The position numbers and the translations under genes were made by a program. The notes under the pieces were generated by a model. That model was not told the origin of the DNA, did not search any database, and was given only the letters and a program-made list of their open reading frames with translations. A stretch of 64,000 nucleotides of DNA, taken from the NCBI GenBank assembly GCA_965202585.1, contig OZ241832.1, positions 56,358,001 to 56,422,000 of the forward strand, read 5' to 3'. The DNA is from Thalia democratica (taxonomy: Eukaryota). This document shows positions 12,231 through 25,612 of this stretch, piece after piece; position 1 is the first letter of the stretch, and each line of letters begins with the position of its first letter.

Positions 12231-13599
12231 ACACCTTCTGGAATAAGAAAAACATGAAAGAAATTGTTGCCAATATTAAGCTCTTCCATGCAAAACAGTA
12301 ACCCTTTGGAAGAAACTGCATATAGCGAGTTTAGTTGAAATACTGGATCCTGACCCACTACTTGAAATTATTAAATTTAAAGAAGAGAGACTATCCCTAA
12401 GAATCAATCACATTAGAGAAATTTCATGTATCTCTTTGATATTTTTTGTTTCATTAAAAAACTTTAGAAATTATTAAGACAGAGTTAAGAAATGCCAAAT
12501 TTACAAATTTTCATGTTGATTGTACCAGTAGTTTAATCAACAAATATAAAGTTAACATTTTACTACTCCATTTGTTTACCCAGTATAAAAATTTCTTTTT
12601 CAAATGACAGTGATCTCCTTGATACAGTTGCTGATGCGATTTTAACTTATTATATTACACCTTCTATTGAAAATTTTCTAGGTAAGTTACTTCAATTGCT
12701 AGAGAAACATACTAATAAATCAAATCAAGTCAAAAAAGTAGAGTGTAGTTTTTCAGGGGGTTTAATGAATTCACTTATAAGAAAATCTTATAAATGTGAC
12801 ACCAAAGCCTTTATTCAGTGTTCTTTTAATCATTTCAATTCAGTGTTCTCTGCAGCAAAGAATTCTGTACAAAATTTTCACCTTCAAAAAAGAAATGGTA
12901 AAAATTTATTCATTTTGTCCTGCAATATTTATATTTTTAGGTTAACATTTAGCTTTTTTACCCATGTGGTCTGTTGTTTATGAAGTTCATCCTGTAAAGA
13001 ACAATGACACCAACCCAAGTGTAAAAAACTAGTTTTGTGTGATAAGAAAAAATGTTTTCAAAAATAAAAGATACAACTGCAAAATTGTTGTTTTAAAATT
13101 ATATATAAATTGAAGCAGGCGATATACTGATAGAAAAATTATTTCATCTGTACAAAATGTTTGTAAGGCAAATTAAGAAAGCTAGAATATAATTAGATAA
13201 CAGCAGTTCATCTCTAGCTGCAGAGATGTGGTCTTAGAAGAGAGCTACAAGTTATCCCGTATAAGAATTAAACAAAATACTATTATGTTTCACCTTTAAG
13301 TAAGTCATGTTTAATAAAGATATATCTTAGGTAATTTATTTTACAAGTCATATACAACGACCGACTACTTTGAGTCGAAATACTGTATTGAAGGTCATGT
13401 ATGGAAGAGTTAATTAGCTGGTAGTTTGAAAATTACAAAACATTTGGCAAACAAGAAACCCTCCACTTTATTGAGATGAAATATTTGTGTTAAAATGTTT
13501 TTTTAAATATTCATGTATGATCTTTATTTGAATAACTAATACTTTATTTCTAAATTGTTATGCACTTTTGGCTGAAAGATTGAATAGCAAAACTAAAGC

Positions 13600-13720
13600 A
13601 TTGTACCAAGCATTGATAGAAAAATTTCGAAAGCAAGAAGGGGTAAAAAACTTAGAACATGGACATAGGTACCTTTTTTTGTTCATACACTTCCAACACA
13701 TTTATAACAAAACTATGTTT
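13600..13720 (+). mobile_element. Short Merlin C-terminal remnant
   Basis: aaggggtaaaaaactt(a/t)gaac...catag(g/a)taccttttttgttca(t/a)acacttccaac is shared with 14555-14620. Confidence 0.5.
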
Positions 13721-14489
13721 TAGATTGTAAAAGGAGTAATCCAAGAGTTTGCCATTTTTCTGTTTAGAATCATATTTCATGAAGAAATTGATTTAAGAAT
13801 TTAAAACAAAAACTAAAGAAAAAGCTTGAGTAGGTGCTGTGCATCGACTCAACTTATGGCTTTTTTGATCAAATAGAAAGTCAAAATGTCTACTATAGAG
13901 TAGCATTAACTCAAGGTTACTTTATTGATTATTTAAAGTGTAACATATTAATTAAGAAAAAGTTTGTGAGTAATATGTTTTTATATAGGAAATGACGGTG
14001 AAATATTAAAAAATTAAAACACACCACCACCCATCTTTAACAGTGTCGAGCATGATCTCAACCAACCTCGACAGAACATCCTACAAGCTGTATCCGGCTA
14101 TATTAAAGAAAGACTAAAAAGTGAGAGTAAAAAAATATTTAGTTGATAATACTGTTAGCAGTTAAAATTCATGAAACAACTTTTAGGTAAGGAAGTGAAA
14201 AGGGTAGAATGCAATTGTAGCTACCCTATACTTCACGCAGTGTATGAGCAATTCAATGGCACCACACTAGATCTATACCTTAAACTATGCTACATGATTT
14301 TGCATAGTAATGGTAAGTCTTTAGGGTAAATTTGTGTGACTATTTTGTTAAGTAATATTTTTTTTTTAGAAAAACAACTTCTGTTTGATTCCTATATGAA
14401 ATATGCTGTTCATGTTTGCAGTGCGCACAACATGAACAACATGAAACGGTTATTTACAAGACATGAGGTTAAAGATAGCAAAGTGACGA

Positions 14490-14670
14490 TAATGAAGAGG
14501 TCCACACCCAGAAAGTTGAAAGCTTCTGGGGTGACCTCAAAGATAAGGTAATAAAATAAGGGGTAAAAAACTTTGAACTACATGTACATAGATACCTTTT
14601 TTTGTTCAAACACTTCCAACCTATTTCACAATTTAATGGTGGAATCAGGCAAAGCCTTTCCTTTTTCTAG
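14490..14670 (+). mobile_element. Merlin transposase C-terminal remnant
   Basis: EVHTQKVESFWGDLKDKVIK*GVKNFELHVHRYLF; the 3' part resembles 6090-6140. Confidence 0.75.
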
Positions 14671-15281
14671 ATTTATTGTTGAGCCATAGTTTTGAATAAT
14701 AATTAAAGGGTGCGTACTTTACTCCGGTGTGTACCTTACACCAGTCTCTATTTTAAGGCCTGTGAGTGTGCATTATTTTAACTTTACATACATAAAAACT
14801 AACTTAAATTCTTTTAAATTAAAAAAAATAGTGCTACCTTACGCAGGTGGTAAAGCTTATGCGTACTTCATAAGTTACAATTCTAAAATTAGGGTTTGTT
14901 ATAGAATATAAGCTTTTCAATTTCAAAATGAAACTATTTTTCACTTTGATATTGGTGCAACATCATACTAGGCAATTACCAAAATACAGTACATTTTTTT
15001 ATATGATACTTTTTACAGAAGAGACTTTATCTCAAAAAGGATAAAAATTATATACTTCACATAACTAAAGGAGTCATTGAATTTTTGTATAAATGTTTAA
15101 AAAGAAGTCTTTACCAAATGGCCTAAAAGTTTAACAGTGATACCATCTGAGGTATTAATTAAAAATATAGATTAATAAAAATGCCTACTCAATATTTTAA
15201 GGATAAATTTTGTTTATTATTAAAAGTTTCTTTAACAACTTAAATAAAAAAAAAGGTATATTTCTTCAATACAATATTTAG

Positions 15282-17497
15282 GGAGTAAAAATCAGCTAAA
15301 TTATCATAACTTGTATCATATTTGATGCCTTTAATACCAAATCACAAGAAAAGAGCAAAGGAAAAGAAATTATAGATAACATTAAGTTAGTACATTTTCA
15401 GCGATAGTTATATAAAGTTGTTTTCAACTTTTACTGCTTCTAGTAACAATAAGTATAAGATAACATTTAATTTAATTTTTATTAAAATAGGCGACAAGTT
15501 AAAAGGGATATTGAGTTATTACAGAAAGTGAGTGAACTTAAAGCTGTAGAAATAGACCACAACTTACAATCAGACAACACTAGCTGTGGACTACATGTCA
15601 TCGAGGTAAGAACTACAATAAATTATTTTGTAATTGTTCTTAGAAAATAAAAGTTTTCCTTTTAATATTAATCTTCAGGCTGCAGAGCAAATACTCTCAA
15701 GTTTTCTGCTTTTACCAGAAGAAATAGTACTAAAAACAAGGGGGACAAGAACTATTTAAAACGATTAGACGTGGCAACAAAGTTGATAACGGATGGAGGT
15801 AAAACTAATTGTTACAAAACTTTTTAAGATAAAAAAGTAACACTTATATAAATTATATAACTAATAAGATTACATGTTCATGGTTGCCACTGATCAAGCT
15901 GAGAAAAATTTCCTGACTTTTCCTGACTTTTTACCAAAACTAACCTGACTTTTCTAAATCAAATTCTTAAACTAAACTTATTCTAAAGTACATAATCTAC
16001 CACTTGGAACTATATAAAACTTTCAATCTAAATTTAGTACAGGTTGAAAACAACAGTTTTTTGCAGAATTCTATCATCAAACTTCCAGTACATTACTTAA
16101 ACCATCTGTGTATGATTGATGTTTGTAATAAACAGCTCTATCAGCAAAATACTTGTATTATTACCTTATAAATACAGGTTGTCTGAAAAAAGACACAATT
16201 TTTTAGCATTTCCTAGCATAAATGTATTTAGATAAACAAACGACATATAAGGAACTTTTACAATTAAAACCTTGAATTAATAACAAACTTTCACAACTAA
16301 AATCTTAAAACAATAACAAGTTTTTACAGATGAAACCTTAAAACAATTTAAAAAAAATTTGGAATTTCCTAGCATAAATGTATCTAAATAAACAAAACAA
16401 CATATAAGGAACTTTTACAAATAAAACCTTAAATTAATTAGGAACTTTCACAACTCAAACCTTAAAACAATAACAAACTTTTACAGTTAAAACATTAAAG
16501 AACTTAATCAATACTGTTTTTTTAAATGTATGTAGTAAAATTTATTTTCTGTTTTTTTATTAGCACTACAACCTCTTCATCTAATGAAGAAATGGTTTGA
16601 TAACTTTGATTTTAAAATTATGCTAGATAAACTTTTTTGTATATATCACAGTTTCACTATGGAAGTGTCCTTGCTACAGATTATCAATACTGAAAAACTT
16701 AGAAAATCTGCTTGTTCAAGTAGGGTACTTGTTCAATATATTAATAGTAATTTTTTGCAGTTTTATAAAGGATATTTTACTAATTTAAACCAGATGAAGG
16801 CATTGGAAATAAAATCTCAAAAAGTTATAAATTTATAGGAAAATTTTAGAATTTTTTCTGACTTTAAAGGACTTTTAATTAATTTTTACCATTTGAAGGC
16901 TCTAGAAAACAAGGAATTTTGTGAATTTAAACTGACAAAATCTGAATTTTTTTTTTAATCTTATCAAATTTCCTGACTTTTCCTGACTTTTTTTTTTAAC
17001 CCCCCATTTTTTCCTGACTTTTCCTGACTTTTTTCATTTTTTTAAATTTTTCCTGACTTTTCCTGATTTCCTGACTTTTCCTGACCGAGTGGCAACCCTG
17101 CATGTTTTATATAAGAAAATAGTTTTCAAATATAACTAAAACTTTCTCTACAGTTGTAAATACGAATGCTTGCAGCATTTGCAAGTATTTTCACCCTGTT
17201 AGAAGGCAAGCTGAAAAAATTGGAAAGAACAAAAAAGTTAAATGGGTTAGATTAATTGATTGTATCAAATGTATGTTAATATTCCAAAGACTAGTACTAA
17301 ATAAAGTTAAACTAATAATTTAAGTAGACAGTTAACTAATTAAAGTCATTGATTTTCAGTTAGGATGTCATAACTGCAATAAGTGGTATCACATATGTTG
17401 CCTGGACATGACAGAGGAAGAATACAATCGGCTAGAAAACAGAGAATACTTTTGTAGTTTTTGTGACTGTATAGCGCCAAATGAAATTGAAGAATAA
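15282..17497 (+). pseudogene. Spliced Ulp1/SENP-like (C48) protease C-terminus plus PHD finger pseudogene, probably transposon-borne
   Basis: GT-AG exons 15491-15605 (...HNLQSDNTSCGLHVIE, QxDxxSCG catalytic Cys motif), 15679-15798 (1-nt frameshift), 17154-17245 and 17360-17497. The last two join to CSIC...KW|LGCHNCNKWYHICC...YFCSFC, a C4HC3 PHD finger. Upstream exon 15282-15385 contains a stop. Confidence 0.8.
15879..17100. mobile_element. Non-autonomous hAT-like element with CA(G/T)GGTTGCCACT TIRs, TTCCTGACT subterminal repeats and 6-bp TSD
   Basis: catgtt|catggttgccact...agtggcaaccctg|catgtt; includes an internal ~155-bp tandem duplication near 16200-16500. Confidence 0.85.
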
Positions 17498-18325
17498 ACC
17501 GTTAAATGTGATATTGTTTGTTAATGTTATAAAAATTGACATTACTGTAAAAAGCAATGAAATAAAAAACTATCATAAAACTAAACAAACAAAAATTTAA
17601 AAATTTTATGTCAAAGAGTTATATATTAAATGCTTTGTATTAGTTAAAATAGTAGTATATGTAATAGGTATAATGATAGTATAGGTCAAAAGAACAGCGT
17701 TACGTTTTTGGTTAGACGCTATATTTTATAGTAATTTTTGGGTACTTAACCATTTGTACAAAAATGGTCAAATGACCAATTTTATTGACACCTTTTGGGG
17801 ACAAGACCTAGTAATACACAAATAAAAAGTTTCAAAGTTCTAAGTTAAGGTTTAGTATGTTAAAATGTTAGAAGACCAGTGCACTGAAGTTTCGAAATTT
17901 TTAATTTCGAATTTTGTAGTAACTTCTTGTTCATACTTGTTTTAAAATTTAAAAATCCCATATTGAATTATTAAAACAGTTCTACAAAATGTAATTCTAA
18001 AATTCTAAGGTTAGTAAATAAAAGTGCAGGTAGACACATTTTGTTAAAAAAAATAAGTAATAAGTAAAGTGCTCCCTATAACTGAAAATGAATAAATTTA
18101 ATATCATCAGAATTACCACTCTTTAAGGCAAAAAATCCAACCTGATTGAGCAAAAACTAGCATGAGTTGACTTAACTTTATAGTTGAATTAGACCTTATT
18201 ATAAGCCAAAATTTTGTATAGTATACTATCTGCCAAGCTTAAATACCTAAAATTATTATACAAATAACTTTTGAACTTGACAATGAAAATTTTATTTTTA
18301 AATTGTTTGAGTTTTAAAAAACTTG

Positions 18326-19096
18326 GTTATGGTTAACTTTAGGTTAGCACCAATATCAAGCTCCAATTATAATACATTTGATGTCATTATTTACAGGGTT
18401 GCCACTCATTTTTTCAAATTTTTTTTCAAGTTTTTCTAAATTTCTTCCAGGTTTTTAAAAGTACACATTTTGTGTCTATTTTTAGTTTAAAGTTGAGTTT
18501 AATGTAAGAAACTGTGTTAAATAGTATAAAAACATAGAAAAGATACTGTAAGGTACTTTAAATGTGTTTTTAATAGAAAAGTTTTTAGGTGATGACAAAA
18601 AATCTTATTAATATGATAGATTTTTTGTATCAAACTGAAATTTTACTACTGAATTGTTAAAAAAAAAATGTTCAATTGTTAATAATTCTAGGTTTTTCCA
18701 GGTTTTTTGTTCAAAATTCCAGGTTTTTCCAGGTTTCCAGGTAAAGTGGCAACCCTGTATTTAATCATAATTTTGAGCTAAAAATTTATCTTTTATAAAT
18801 ACATGAACAAAATCTAATTTATATAACATAAACTTTTCAGATTAAATATTTAATTGCTTTTATTTTACAATACAAAGTGATTATATTAATACTATAATTC
18901 ATGTTGATTATGATATTGTAAAATAATATTAATTAAATATTTACTTTATAATATAATAATTTAGTTCTTACTATGTATTTATATAGCTTGTTTAAAACAA
19001 ACTATCATTTTTTAGCCTAAAATTATGGTTAAATAAGACATGAAATGTATTATATTTTAAGTAAGGTATTGGTGCTCACCTAAAGTTAACCATAAA
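18326..19096. repeat. Long imperfect palindrome (foldback element) centred near 18885, left arm interrupted by a MITE
   Basis: 18326-18393 is the reverse complement of ~19030-19096. Inner arms 18758-18783/19008-19036 and ~18843-18877/18911-18942 also pair. Confidence 0.8.
18394..18757. mobile_element. MITE with CAGGGTTGCCACT TIRs and 6-bp TSD
   Basis: tattta|cagggttgccact...agtggcaaccctg|tattta; ttccaggt subterminal repeats. Confidence 0.9.
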
Positions 19097-22000
19097 CAAA
19101 ATCTTTATAAAAAGCCTAAGTAGCAACGCTTTCTTATCAGACAAAATTTAACCTAGTACTTCTGATAAATCTAAACCATTTAAAGTCAATTTTAATTTAT
19201 ATAAGATTACTTGAGTTTTCATTTTTTATTGACTAACAACATTCAATACTATTTGACTTTAGTTGTGACCAAATCTAAGTTTCATGAATTATTTGGAAAT
19301 TTCTTCATCTAATATACAGGTAAAAAAATTATTTTTAATTTTTTTAAAAAAAAAGAACTGAAGTTAACTTATTACAAATTGAAATAATTAACTAGTTTTA
19401 AGGACTTTAAAATTAAAACTGATTTTCTACTAAAACCATTGTTGAGAATAATATTTACTATAATATATAACAAAACTCATTAACTGAAAATAATTAAAAC
19501 AGTATTAGTTAAACTAACTATTGGTGGTGAGACAGCCATTTTGCTAAGAGAGAGAGAGAAAGTGATTAGAAAATTTTTTGGTGCACATATTGAGAAGCAG
19601 GTATTATTTCTTCACAATGAAAACTTAATTTAGACTTTTTTGACCTTTAACCTCAGTGCTACCAATCAATATTAAATTAGTAGCGCGGAGTTTAAATCAA
19701 GTAAACTAAATTATCAAAGTTAAAAAATCAAAAATTAGAAATATAAAACAATAAGAAAACATGTATTATCAAGTACATGATCATCAATCTAGTAGTATTT
19801 TTTTATAAAAAATTTCGTATGAAAATATCACGAAAAAAATCATACAACTTACAAGTATAAATCTAGCATTTTATAATAAAAATATATACTTATAATCATT
19901 AACTTAAAGTTATTTTTTCTTAGATATCGTTTATACAGACTATTAAAGGCTTTTTAATGTTATTATATACTCTGTTGTCGATAGAATTTTGTTCAAAACA
20001 TTTGTGTTGAAAATTTTTTTTTTAAGGTTTTTTTTTGTATCTTAAAATACTGTTTAAGTTGACCTGTTTAACATAAGTTTAAGTATTTTTTTCTTATGTA
20101 TTGATTTCTCTATTAAATCAGTTTATAGTGTATTTAGTGGTTTATTAGCATAAAAAATAATAATAAAATTTAACTAAAGTTAAAAGAGAGATTGGTATGG
20201 AAATGGAACCTAAAATACTTTATTTGTCTAACTGTCATACGTTGCTAATTTATGGTTATTTTCTTTATTACAAACGAAATAAATAAAAAGAAGTAGCTTT
20301 ACATGTTAAATCTAAAGTTTAAAAGAATGATATAACTTTTAAAAACGTAAAAAATTATAAAATTAGATTATTTCCCTATGGTGCTTAACTTAATTTTCGG
20401 GTCAACTAATTTTAAGAGTAGTTTTATTAAATATGTTTAAGATTAAATAAATAACAATAAACTAACTTATTTACTTAGCTGAAAATTAAGGTTTCTAACG
20501 GAGTTTCAACTTTACCACGTTTTTTTAAATTAAAATTTTACTAATAAACATTAACCTTTTATCAGGTTTTTGTTTTGTTTTACCATGTGTTCTACGTAGT
20601 GTTTCACAATAGGTATGTTTTTTCAAAGTGTGTTCCAACAAAACAGAAATATTCGTTAGGATGTTATACAGAAGTTTTTCCAAAGCTTCAACATTAATAG
20701 GAATTTATAACAGTCGGAAAACATAACAATGTTCTTAAAAATGTACAATTAATTTACCGATAAAGTAGTGCCTTGTTACCGTTTAAGTTGACAGTGCAAA
20801 AAACAGAAGAAATAACAACGAAACTTGACCGAAAAATTCAACGAATATAAAAACATAAATAACAAACTTCAAAAAGAATTTAACGCTGATAAAAGAGATT
20901 GAGTGGAGACTAATAATGTCAGAACACCGAAGAAAACCATTAAACTGATCATTATAACAATTTTCAGCATACTTACGATTTAATACACATACAAACGTTT
21001 GAGTGCTCAGCTACTGGTGGTCAGTCCACATGTAAACGTTTTTGTGTCAACTTGGCCGCTGGGGGCGTAACAGAGTGATAGGTGATAGACACTCATAAAA
21101 AGTTCATGTAAAAAGAAAAACCAGCGCTACAATCTGTAAATAGTTAATCTAGTATTATACCATTACTTAAAACTTTATTTTTTGCACATCAATTTAACTT
21201 AGAACCATTGAAAAAATACATATATCAATTAAGGCTGAAATTTATTTATATATATTTTTTTTAATTTAAAATGTAACTTGATTAATTTTCTGATACGCCA
21301 AACATTGTATTAACTAAAATTAATATTAGAATAAAATAGCTAAAGTTGCTGCTTTTCTTATAGTTAAATGTAACTATTTTATTTTTAACTAACAAAGCTA
21401 ATTATCTGAAAAAGTCTCATACCTATTATTTGCAACATTTGAACTCGGATCATAGTTGTTGGTAAAATTTGGAATATAAACATATTGAACAGCGTAACTG
21501 CATACACAACGTAAACCTTGATCAGCATGGAGGAGATAAGGACCCTTAACCCTGGTTCCTGTCCAACCATTGGTTAGGAGGTTAAAAACGTTGGGTCATT
21601 ATTCTTCCATACTTATCTGGTCATTTTTAACTGACGGTGGTTCACTTGTCCTTCTGGTTCATGATGAGTCCTTATCAGAATGGTTATAATATTGGAAATA
21701 ACGTGGGAAACATATTGTTTACTTTTGATTTTGTGGGTTAAATTGTTAAGATAATTACATTAAAATTTTTCTAAGCATTTTGATTGCAGTCAAAAGAATT
21801 TTTAGTATAAAACAAAACATGTTTGTTTTTTTAGTAAGTAAAGTTTACTTTCCGACTATTTTTTGTCAAGTTTAACTGCCCTTAACACTAAAAGTATATA
21901 ACGTAAAAGTTTAAAAATTTATAAATTTTACTATCTTAAATATAAGAAAAAAAACTTTATTTTAAAATATATAAATATGGTTTATCTTTTAAGTTTCTAT

Positions 22001-22609
22001 GCTTATAGTTTTGTAATTCTAAAAATAAAAATCCTTACTCATCAAACAATTAATTTAGAAAAAAAACTATGTTTATACCCTTTATCTAAACCCTTTTGTA
22101 ATAAGTTATGCATGTGTTTATAAAAACCAAACAATGAAAAAGAAAACAGGTTTACCTAAACCATAGAAAAATTCAAGTGGCTTAATTCAAATTTATTACG
22201 CTTCTTTTCCACAATTTCTTTTCAAATTTAAGTTAAGTAGTTGGGTAAAAATTTTCTGCACAGTTTGTTGTATCTTACCTACAACTAGTCTAAAATCTAT
22301 AACACCAGTTATTAAAAATAAAAATCCTTAAAAGATTACAATTTAAAAGTTTTTCATAAAACAAATTTGTAAAGTAAAATAAAAGTATTCCGAGCGATGA
22401 TTTGTATAATTTAATTGGTAATACTAACCTTTAACCTACTTAAGTTTCGGAATTAATAATTAAATACTATATATAAAATGTATTACTAATCAAATTTATA
22501 TATATTTAGTTCTTAATCATGTAAGACTTCGTCTATTTCTTTTTTTTTTGCTAAAAAGTTTATCGTCAATTTCTTACTTAAAGTTAAAAGACAATATCAT
22601 ATATAACTA

Positions 22610-23300
22610 CAGTAGACTACCGCTTAAGTACGCACTTTTTTTGGTACGCATCACGCCTTAAGTACGCACTTATCAAGAAAGGTAGAATGTCCAACCTGCT
22701 GAGTTAGCCTAAGACTTTCACAAATTTTAAACTAGGGTGAGTAATCCTTAGTAGTCTAAGTGGCATGAAATTGTGACAGTCCTATTATTAAATGTTAATA
22801 AACTAAATACTTATGTAGTGGTTGCAGAAAAGTGAAAAGAATAATGATATTTGAGCTGTAATGCTAACAAATAAATAAATCTACATGACAAAACTAAAAA
22901 CCTACAAATACAACATAGTTAAATCATAACTTAATTTAGATGTACACACATTGATGTTTTCAAAATGTTTGGTAAACATAATGTAGTTTGGTACTTTACC
23001 TATAACAAAACAAAATATGGCTTAATATTCTTTTCTATACCATTGACTGACATTGACTTTCTATTTTAATGGTATGTATTAATTATGTAGAAACGTTTTA
23101 TAGACAAAATAAATCATTTTAAAATCTAATAAAAAGTTTTGCAGATTAGAATTATGTATTAAATGTTATTTAAAATAAAAAGACTTGTTTATTTGGTTTA
23201 ATTATTTAATGGCTAGTTGTAAGAAAGAAAACAAACAACTTGAGTTCATATTATACTTTTTGGTCGGGTTCAATTTGCGTACTTAAGCGGTAGTGTACTG
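22610..23300. mobile_element. Tc1/mariner-pogo type MITE (TA TSD)
   Basis: ta|cagta(g/c)actaccgcttaagtacgca ... tgcgtacttaagcggtagtgtactg|ta, 25-bp TIR with one mismatch. Confidence 0.9.
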
Positions 23301-25379
23301 TACTTGTATTTTTTGCTAGTCTTAACCACTAAAACTTTATGCTATAAAACTAAAATTGTTCATTGTTTTTAGTTTTCAAAAATTAATTTACTCGAAAAAA
23401 GTTGTTAGTAAGTTGTAAAAAGTTAGTAAGTTTTCTTGTAAAAAGAATAAATTTTTTCCAAAGCTAGACTTTTCACAAGAAGTACTACTAGGTAACAAGA
23501 AAGTAGTACAGTGTGTACTTACCCAATTAAAGGTTATTTATAAGAAACTGATTATGTTTAGTTCTTTTTACAATTTAATATTCATAAGTGGTTAACTCTA
23601 AGTATATTTCTGTATTTTATTTTTTAATGAAAACTAAAAGTGATTTGAATTGTAACAATTTAAAGAGTTGCTTGACGCCCGGAGGAAAAGCATTGGCATT
23701 GAAGTTACTAGTGTCAGCCAGCTAAGACATGGTATAGCAGATGTTGATAATTGGGATGTTAATAATCCAACAAAGTATGCACTTGTATAACTTTTAAAAG
23801 TATAAACAGTGATTAGAAAATTTTGATAAGGAAATCTTGGGCATAAGGTCGAAAGTTTTATTTACAAATTAAATTTTAGTAGTTTTAGGTTTGTCTGTAA
23901 TTACTTGGTTTCTTGTTTAACAATACTTAGTTCGCTATAAATGAAATGAGAACAAACTTGAGGTTTGTTGGTTTTTCTATGTATTATGTTGTAACTCAAA
24001 TATGCATACTTAGACATAAATCTTTCATGTCTATAAACTCTGAGTTTTAAATTAGCTACCTATTTGTTTGAATGTAAATTATATTTTAAAGAAAAAATAA
24101 AATATTGCTTATAGAGCTGGTAGACAAAATTTTACTAAAAACATGTATAAATTCAAGGGTTGCCATTCAAGTCTGAAGAACCTTTATGCTGTTCTTAATT
24201 TGGAAAATTATCTAAGAAATATTTATTACAACAAGATTTTAATAATTCGTGTATCAAAAAAGAAAGTATGCACAAAATGAATACCATAAAAAATTAAATA
24301 TCTATCGTACAATTTTTATGAGAAAGGTTTATAAAATTCATTTTAGCTAATAGACTTTTATAATATGAAAGCTTTTATCACTAACAAACTACTTCATTTT
24401 TTTGAATTTAACTTAAGGATGCGAAAACAGATTACAAAGGCAGTATTCTAGGAAATAGTTTATTACTTTCCGAGTAATCTTAAGTTTTATTCTTTTCCGC
24501 CACTTGAACAACTTTATTATAAAAATAAAGTTAATTATGATGTTGTAAATGCTATAAACCAAACAATTTATAGTTTAAGTCTGAATTTAAAAACGCAATC
24601 AGAAAGGCATTGAAAACTAAGCATTCTAATTACAAATATAACTGTAAAATATTAAAAAAATTGGAGTTATTAAAAGTTTTCTTAAAGAGTCAAATAAACT
24701 TAAAGCGATCAAGAATATTAAGCTTAAGCTTTGTAAACAAAACCAACTTGTTATAACTTTTTATAATTTTGAATAAAATTGTGTTTTTTATGCTTGTTTG
24801 AATCTTATCTATTTTATTTTGTGGTGCACTAATTTTTCTAAGAATAGTTTTTATATTATTGCTTATTTACTAACAAAACTGTTAAAATATGCTTGAAAAA
24901 AAAAGATTAAGTTAACTTTATTTCAATAGCAGAATTAAACGAGTTTTTAAGAAACTATTTATAATCTAATCATTGTACACTTAAAGTTAAATAACAAACA
25001 AACATTTTTTTTCTTTTTTTTATTAACCTGATTTAGCGGGTGAAAAAAGCTTGAAAACGACAATAAATAAACAAAATATATGAAATTGCGAGTCCTTGAA
25101 ACAGTAATAAATTTGAAGAAAGTAAAAATTTTTCTTCGATACGAAAATATTTGGAGCGGAGATCAAACGGGGTTTGTATAAAAAATATGAAATTTCATCA
25201 AAAAAAAAAGCGGTCTTCAGTCTTCAATTAAAATAAAATGTTCGAGTTGTGATTAATCAAGTATTTCCAAATTACCAAAATTAATTATCTGTTTTTTTTT
25301 GCTTTTATCCAATCTGCCGCCGACAGTTCCATCGAAATTTCCTATTTAAAAATGATGAAAAGTGTTTGTGACGTCACAG

Positions 25380-25612
25380 TCACGAGCTGTTGGCGAGGAA
25401 CTTCTTCAGCGCGCTCAGCACATTCCTCGTTTCCGCCTCGCTCACCAGTTTCGACTTGAGGGATTCCCCGCCGACGCGCACCAGCTGGCACGCCAACCTT
25501 CCCGCCTCCTTGCTGACGATCAGGTTGCTCGATGACGTCATCATTACGTCGAAGAGCACTTTGAACACGTGACGCTCGAGCATCGATTGTGACGTGATGC
25601 GTGGCAGCAGTG
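25380..25612 (-). CDS. TOGARAM1: TOGARAM1-like exon 32 (stop)
   Basis: LLPRITSQSMLERHVFKVLF...KKFLANSS*. Confidence 0.9.

Noticed and set aside
12696-13080. Possible hAT dimerisation-like (VECSFSG) and piggyBac CRD-like (CKKLVLCDKKKCF) peptides
   Set aside because: Too short and degraded to assign confidently.
16960-17090. TTCCTGACT tandem motif as a telomeric or satellite repeat
   Set aside because: It is the subterminal repeat of the 15879-17100 transposon and is also present at its left end.
21385-21720. GC-richer patch with short open frames
   Set aside because: No frame gives a recognisable domain or a consistent splice structure; left unassigned.
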